From the NCBI GenBank assembly GCA_032123335.1, contig JAQBFN010000051.1:1-39995 (forward strand): 39,995 bases of DNA, written 5' to 3'. The translations under genes were made by a program, and so were the position numbers. The notes beneath the pieces are model-generated. The model made no database searches. It was not told where the DNA came from and worked only from the letters and a program-made list of their open reading frames with translations. This document shows, piece by piece, positions 34,992 to 39,995 of this stretch. This DNA comes from Candidatus Micrarchaeota archaeon (GTDB taxonomy: Archaea; Micrarchaeota; Micrarchaeia; Anstonellales; Bilamarchaeaceae). Position 1 is the first letter of the stretch. Every line of letters begins with the position of its first letter.

Positions 34992-37043
34992 ATGGGTGAG
35001 CAGGATCTTACTTCTCTAGTATCTGTGTTCGAAGACTTCTTTACTAATATCTATAGGGAAAAAATAAACGACGTCCTTGCCTCCTACCCGACCCTCCGCA
35101 GCATAAATGTGGATTTCCAGGACCTGGACAAATTCGATACCGCTGTTGGGGAACAGCTTCTCTCCGAACCCGAAGTAGTAACCGAAGCCGCAGAAGAGGC
35201 AGTCCAGAACATGAACCTGACCCTCCCCCCAGGAGTGGGAGAATTCAAGCCCCATGTGCGCTTTTTCAACGCCCCGAATTCAGAAACAATGATTGAGAGA
35301 CTGAGCTCAAAAAAGCTCAATGAACTCGTGTGCTTCAAGGGAATCGTAACCAAGCGCACGGATGTAATGCACAAGGTAAAGAAAGCGCACTATTCCTGCC
35401 AGGCCTGTGGAGAGAAATATGACGTAATTGTCTCAAGGAACTTCAAGCCCCCAAGGATGTGCGTTTCCTGCAAAAAGCTCGCCCTTGTTCCAAACGAAGA
35501 AAAGTCCGAATTCACGGATATGCAGAAAGCAGAGGTGCAGGACCTCCTGGAAAAAGTGTCCGGAGGCGCACCCGCAGCAAAAATGGAAATCTGGCTCGAG
35601 GACGACCTTGTAAACAACATAAACCCAGGGGAAAACGTCCAGATTACCGGGATCATGCGCATCAAGCCCACCCAGAATTTCCGCCAGAAAAATGAGCTCA
35701 TCTTCAACCGCTATGTGGAAACCGTCCATGTTGAAAGCCTGAAGCGGGATTTCGAAGAAATCACCCTCACAAAGGAAGACATCCAAAGGGTTAAGGAAAT
35801 GTCTAAGCAGCCGGACATAACTGAGCGCATATTCGCCTCAATCGCCCCTGCAATCTATGGTTACAGCGAAGTGAAGAAAGCCCTCGCTCTCCAGCTTTTC
35901 GGAGGCACAAAGGGAAAAATGATGAGGGGAGACGCCGCAGTAAGGGACGACATCCACCTGCTCCTGATCGGTGACCCGGGTATCGCAAAAACAAGATTCC
36001 TGAACTCCGCAGTAGCACTTGCCCCCAAATCCATGTATGTAAGCGGAAAAAGCGTTTCAGGTGTAGGTCTTACTGCTTCCGCAGAGAAGGACGAGCTCGG
36101 GGATGGAGGCTGGACCCTCAAAGCCGGTGCCCTGGTTCTCGCCTCCGGAGGAATAGGCGCAATAGATGAATTTGACAAGATTGATGAGGGGGACCGCGCC
36201 TCCCTGCACGAGGTAATGGAATCCCAGACCGTTTCAATTGCAAAAGCAGGGATTGTTGCAAAATTCAAGGCAAAAACCGCAATAATCGCGGCAGCCAACC
36301 CAAAGCATGGAAGGTTTAACCAAACCAAGAACCTTGCGGACCAGTTTGATGTTCCGCCTTCCCTTCTCTCCCGTTTCGACCTCCTGTTCCCAATCCTGGA
36401 TGTCCTGGATGAGGAAAAGGACCTCAACCTTGCGGAGCACATCCTCTCTTCGCACATAGAAGCCGCAAGGGGCATCTTCACAGGAGATGATGACGATGTA
36501 CTGGACAAGGAAATCCTCAGAAAGTACATCGCATATGCCCGCCGCTACGTCCACCCGATCCTTTCAGAGTCAGCAAAGAATCGCATAAAGGAATTCTACC
36601 TGGACATCAGAAGAAGGGGGAAATCCAGCGGTTCCGTGCCCATAACCCCGCGTTACCTTGAAGGGCTGGTCCGCCTCGCGGAAGCCCATGCAAAGATGCG
36701 CCTTTCCGAAACAGTTGATCTTGCGGATGCGCAGGTTTCAGTTGGCCTCCTGGACTATGTACTCAAAAAAGTTCTCACAGACCAGGAAACCGGAAGATTC
36801 GATGTAGACATAATCACCACAGGAAGGACCCGGTCCCAGGTGGAAAAAATAGAAACAATCCTTGACATAATCCGGGACAAGACCAGGGAACAGGAAGCCG
36901 TTCCCAGGCAGGAAGTGCTTGATGATGCGGAAGCAGCAGGCCTTGATCCTGGCACAGCAAAGCGCATCCTTACTGAGCTCATGCGCAAGGGAGAAGTTTA
37001 CGAAAAAGAGCCCGGGTGGATTGCACTCGTTGGAAATCAGTAG
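34992..37043 (+). CDS. mcm: MCM replicative DNA helicase (no intein)
   Basis: Zinc finger C..C...C..C, Walker A GDPGIAKT, GLTA, Walker B IDEFDK, LHEVMESQ, arginine finger SRFDL, TPR.LE.L.RL and a C-terminal wHTH. Confidence 0.97.
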   Translation: MGEQDLTSLVSVFEDFFTNIYREKINDVLASYPTLRSINVDFQDLDKFDTAVGEQLLSEPEVVTEAAEEAVQNMNLTLPPGVGEFKPHVRFFNAPNSETMIERLSSKKLNELVCFKGIVTKRTDVMHKVKKAHYSCQACGEKYDVIVSRNFKPPRMCVSCKKLALVPNEEKSEFTDMQKAEVQDLLEKVSGGAPAAKMEIWLEDDLVNNINPGENVQITGIMRIKPTQNFRQKNELIFNRYVETVHVESLKRDFEEITLTKEDIQRVKEMSKQPDITERIFASIAPAIYGYSEVKKALALQLFGGTKGKMMRGDAAVRDDIHLLLIGDPGIAKTRFLNSAVALAPKSMYVSGKSVSGVGLTASAEKDELGDGGWTLKAGALVLASGGIGAIDEFDKIDEGDRASLHEVMESQTVSIAKAGIVAKFKAKTAIIAAANPKHGRFNQTKNLADQFDVPPSLLSRFDLLFPILDVLDEEKDLNLAEHILSSHIEAARGIFTGDDDDVLDKEILRKYIAYARRYVHPILSESAKNRIKEFYLDIRRRGKSSGSVPITPRYLEGLVRLAEAHAKMRLSETVDLADAQVSVGLLDYVLKKVLTDQETGRFDVDIITTGRTRSQVEKIETILDIIRDKTREQEAVPRQEVLDDAEAAGLDPGTAKRILTELMRKGEVYEKEPGWIALVGNQ

Positions 37044-37074
37044 TTTTTTATTCTTTCCATTCCATACTCAACCA

Positions 37075-37902
37075 ATGCGACTGTACTTTACACTTCTGCT
37101 TATGTTTATTGTATCCCAATTCATGGGCATCTATGCAGGCTCATACATAATTGAGGATGCGCTCACAAATGAATACATCGGCACGTTCATGATGGTCGAA
37201 GCCGGCGCCCCTTCACTACTCTACTTTGTGCTTGCAGTCATCTTTGGTGCAGTCCTTTTCATACTTCTGCACCGCCTACACATCTCGCTCCTCTTTACGC
37301 TGCTGGAGCTCGCAGTAATCTCCGCAACCTCTTCCATATTCTTCTATGCACTAATCAAGCCATTTATGGTCGCCACCTTGGAATCCATGGTGGTTGCAAT
37401 CCTGCTTGCAATGATTTTCTCAGTGCTCAAGCAGCTCTACCACCACAAGCTCAAGAATATCGCAGCCCTCATCTCCAGTGCAGGCGCAGGCGCAGTTTTT
37501 GGATTCACCTTCGGATTTACAACCGCTCTCATCTTCCTTTTCATCCTTGCAATCTATGATTACATTTCCGTATTCAAGACCAAGCACATGATTACAATGG
37601 CCAATGAAATTGTGGAGCGTGACATGGCATTTACCATTTCCGCAGAAAAAACCCTTCCAAGCGGAAAGAAATCCCGCCTGGATTTAGGGACCGGTGATCT
37701 CTCACTCCCAATAATGGTGGAGGTTGCTGCCTACACAATAAGCCCCATGCTTTCCCTTTTCGCGCTCGCAGGCGCCACACTGGGAACCTTATTCGTTCTT
37801 TTTGTTGCATGGAAGCACCACAAAATTCTCCCGGCGCTCCCTCCAATCACTGCAGGAATATTCATCTTTACAATTGCAGCCCTTCTCCTGGGAATTGTCT
37901 AG
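37075..37902 (+). CDS. Presenilin/signal-peptide-peptidase-family intramembrane aspartyl protease
   Basis: YD motif (IYDYISVFKTKHM), LGTGD, PALP and about 9 TM helices. ATG 37075. Confidence 0.9.
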   Translation: MRLYFTLLLMFIVSQFMGIYAGSYIIEDALTNEYIGTFMMVEAGAPSLLYFVLAVIFGAVLFILLHRLHISLLFTLLELAVISATSSIFFYALIKPFMVATLESMVVAILLAMIFSVLKQLYHHKLKNIAALISSAGAGAVFGFTFGFTTALIFLFILAIYDYISVFKTKHMITMANEIVERDMAFTISAEKTLPSGKKSRLDLGTGDLSLPIMVEVAAYTISPMLSLFALAGATLGTLFVLFVAWKHHKILPALPPITAGIFIFTIAALLLGIV

Positions 37903-38925
37903 CTACTTAACACGAAAATCAATTACTACCTGTACAGTTGATGCAGAATAGGGCCTTACTTCCTTCTCAAAAACAAACTCAACTTCCCTCCCGGCTTTCT
38001 TTGCAGCTTCCAGTATCTTCTCCTTCAGTTCCCCAGTTCCCTCAGCCTTCTCCACCATGCTGTAGAAATGCACCATACATCCCTCATCCGCAGCAGCAAA
38101 AGCAGCATCCAGAAACTCAAAGGCCCCCTTGGGAAGCGGCATCGCAATCCTCCCCGCCCATCCTACAAATTTCTCCTCCACAACCCTGCGTGCATCCCCC
38201 AGCACCGCCTCCACGTTCCCCAGCTTATTCAATTGAATATTCTCCTCAAAATACCTCACCGCATCCGGGTTGAGCTCCACCCCCACAACTTTTGCAGAAG
38301 GCACTTCCTTCCCAATCTCCAATGCAAAAGGCCCCACCCCCGCAAACAAAATCAATACATTTTCTCCCTCTTTCACCTCTCCGGTAATGCGCTTCCGCTC
38401 ATTGCTCAGCCTTGGAGAAAAATAAACTCTGGAAATATCCAGCTTCATGCGTACTCCATTCTCCACGTACTCTGTTTCAGTGCGCTCCTCCCCTGCAAGA
38501 TGCTCAAGCTTAGTAATCCGGAACTCCCCTTCCCTTCCCCCAGCTTTCTTCAAAACCACGTGCACTTTTTTATCTCCTTCAAGCAGCAGCTTCCCCACTT
38601 CTTTTTCACGCTCCGCAAGCTCTTCCGGAATATGGATTATCGCAATATCCCCAACCACATCATATGAAGATAGAACTCCCTTTGCGTTTTCTTCACCAAA
38701 TCTTTCAATCAGCAACTCCCTGAACCCCTTCCTTACTTCCTTTTGCTCCAGTTCCCTTTCCACAACCTCCCTTCCGCAGGACCCCTCCAAAACCGGGATA
38801 TACACAAACTCTTCATCACTGTCAATTATCCGCCTTTCATCAATTAGCCCAAGCTCCTTAAGCTCGTTCTTGGTTTTCTCCCCGTCGCTCTTTTTTACGC
38901 GGATAGCCCTTCCCTTAACCTTCAT
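37903..38925 (-). CDS. trm5: tRNA (guanine37-N1)-methyltransferase, Trm5/Met-10+ family
   Basis: SYDVVGDIAI, GEFR..LE.LAGE..TET.Y.ENG, VYFSPRL..ER.RI, FAGVGPFA and ELNPDA. Confidence 0.88.
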   Translation of the reverse strand: MKVKGRAIRVKKSDGEKTKNELKELGLIDERRIIDSDEEFVYIPVLEGSCGREVVERELEQKEVRKGFRELLIERFGEENAKGVLSSYDVVGDIAIIHIPEELAEREKEVGKLLLEGDKKVHVVLKKAGGREGEFRITKLEHLAGEERTETEYVENGVRMKLDISRVYFSPRLSNERKRITGEVKEGENVLILFAGVGPFALEIGKEVPSAKVVGVELNPDAVRYFEENIQLNKLGNVEAVLGDARRVVEEKFVGWAGRIAMPLPKGAFEFLDAAFAAADEGCMVHFYSMVEKAEGTGELKEKILEAAKKAGREVEFVFEKEVRPYSASTVQVVIDFRVK

Positions 38926-38948
38926 TGCTCAATTTTTTGTGCCCCACT

Positions 38949-38956
38949 CTTTAAAG
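38949..38956. promoter_or_regulatory. Palindromic TATA box shared by two divergent leaderless genes
   Basis: CTTTAAAG lies 23 nt from ATG 38925 (-) and 24 nt from ATG 38981 (+). Confidence 0.6.
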
Positions 38957-38980
38957 CATAATCCCTGCAAATTCCTACCG

Positions 38981-39853
38981 ATGGAAAAGCAGGAATATCT
39001 CAATTGGCTAAACCAATACACAGATGCAGAATCCTGCCTCCAGTTCCAGCAAAACCTCCCCTATTATCTCAGGGTAAACACCCTCAAAACTACCCAAGAA
39101 GAATACCTCAACTGGACAAACCTAAAGCTCAAATCCACTTTTCTCCCAGGCACCTTCCAGATTGAAGAACTCCCGGAAAAAGGCCTCGGAAACACAATCG
39201 ATTACGCAACAGGCTGGATCCACACCCAATCCCTTTCATCCATGCTTCCCCCACACATCCTCAACCCAAAACCCGGGGAGCAGGTACTCGATATTTGCGC
39301 AGCCCCGGGCTCCAAAACCACCCAGTGCGCAGCCCTAATGGAGAACAAGGGAGTAATCCTAGCCAACGACAAAAACAAGGGAAGAATCAGCGCCCTTGCC
39401 AACAACCTAGAGCGCCTTGGAGTCATAAACACAGCCACCATGAACCAGGACGGCGCTCGCTTTACTTCCCCACATAAATTCTCCAAAATATTAGTGGATG
39501 CCCCCTGCTCCGGATTAGGCAGCAATGAAAAAGCCTACGAATGGTGGGACGAAAAATACTCGCGAAACATCTCAGCATTGCAAAGCACAATCCTCCGCAC
39601 AGCATTCTCCCACCTGGAACCAGGCGGAACCCTCATCTACTCCACATGTACATATTCCCCGAATGAAAACGAGCTCCCTGTTTCCCGCCTCTTAGAAAAG
39701 CACCCAAACGCAAAACTAGAAAATGTTGAAATCCCCAACGCAGAGCCAGGGCTCCCTGATTTTGGAATCGAATTCCAAAAAACTGCAAGAATTTATCCCC
39801 ATAAATTCAACGGCGAAGGATTCTTTCTTGCAAAAATAAGGAAGGTGGATTAA
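38981..39853 (+). CDS. RsmB/NOP2/NSUN-family RNA cytosine-C5 methyltransferase
   Basis: LRVNTLK, Q..SSM.P, VLDICAAPGSKT, ILVDAPCSG and YSTCT..P.ENE. Confidence 0.93.
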   Translation: MEKQEYLNWLNQYTDAESCLQFQQNLPYYLRVNTLKTTQEEYLNWTNLKLKSTFLPGTFQIEELPEKGLGNTIDYATGWIHTQSLSSMLPPHILNPKPGEQVLDICAAPGSKTTQCAALMENKGVILANDKNKGRISALANNLERLGVINTATMNQDGARFTSPHKFSKILVDAPCSGLGSNEKAYEWWDEKYSRNISALQSTILRTAFSHLEPGGTLIYSTCTYSPNENELPVSRLLEKHPNAKLENVEIPNAEPGLPDFGIEFQKTARIYPHKFNGEGFFLAKIRKVD

Positions 39854-39995
39854 TGCAGGAACAAAGATTCAGGGAATACCTTCTCGACCGGTTCGGCATA
39901 ACACTTCCAGAGGGAGTAGAATTCGAAGGGGAAAAATCCCTCCGTGTAATGAACACAGAATTAAAACAGTTCAAAACCACCACTCCCAAGGGATT
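39853..39995 (+). CDS. 5' part of a CDS translationally coupled to the NSUN gene (possibly NIP7/PUA-like partner)
   Basis: TAATG overlap; MQEQRFREYLLDRFGITLPEGVEFEGEKSLRVM... is open to the window edge. Product inferred only from context. Confidence 0.55.
   Translation, partial: MQEQRFREYLLDRFGITLPEGVEFEGEKSLRVMNTELKQFKTTTPKG

Noticed and set aside
36919..37074. Extended start of the presenilin-like ORF
   Set aside because: It overlaps the mcm 3' end. ATG 37075 begins the first TM helix.
38447..38980. Extended N-terminus of the NSUN ORF
   Set aside because: It is antisense to trm5. The true start is ATG 38981.
1..39995. CRISPR arrays, IS elements, integrases, rRNA/tRNA genes, inteins, recoded stops
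   Set aside because: I saw no periodic repeats, transposase or integrase motifs, RNA-gene signatures or interrupted conserved genes by eye. A tRNAscan/Infernal run would be the definitive check.

Overview
Gene-dense archaeal window: MCM helicase, eS8, Cgi121, archaeal ApgM, Trm5, an NSUN/NOP2 methyltransferase and a class III signal-peptide pilin. Most genes look leaderless, with TATA boxes about 22-28 nt before the ATG. The gene mix suggests a DPANN archaeon, most likely Micrarchaeota-like (inference). Recognisable blocks are a PadR + MacB/LolD-type ABC + S-layer-domain operon, an Lrp / AlaE-like exporter / Glu-Leu-Phe-Val dehydrogenase cluster, a bacterial-type MetRS and a Tad/type IV pilus operon. 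The pilus operon contains two unrecognised accessory proteins and sits head-to-head with a protein of four tandem winged-helix repeats. Seven stand-alone genes (five helical orphans, a methyltransferase fusion and the AlaE homologue) begin with basic, often Pro-rich, non-hydrophobic N-terminal leaders. This raises the hypothesis of an undescribed effector repertoire exported by a symbiont. A 49-aa zinc-ribbon gene with a GNRA hairpin leader, absent from the ORF track, lies upstream of mcm. I found no tRNA, rRNA, CRISPR array or mobile element. All family calls come from motif recognition by eye, without database searches.
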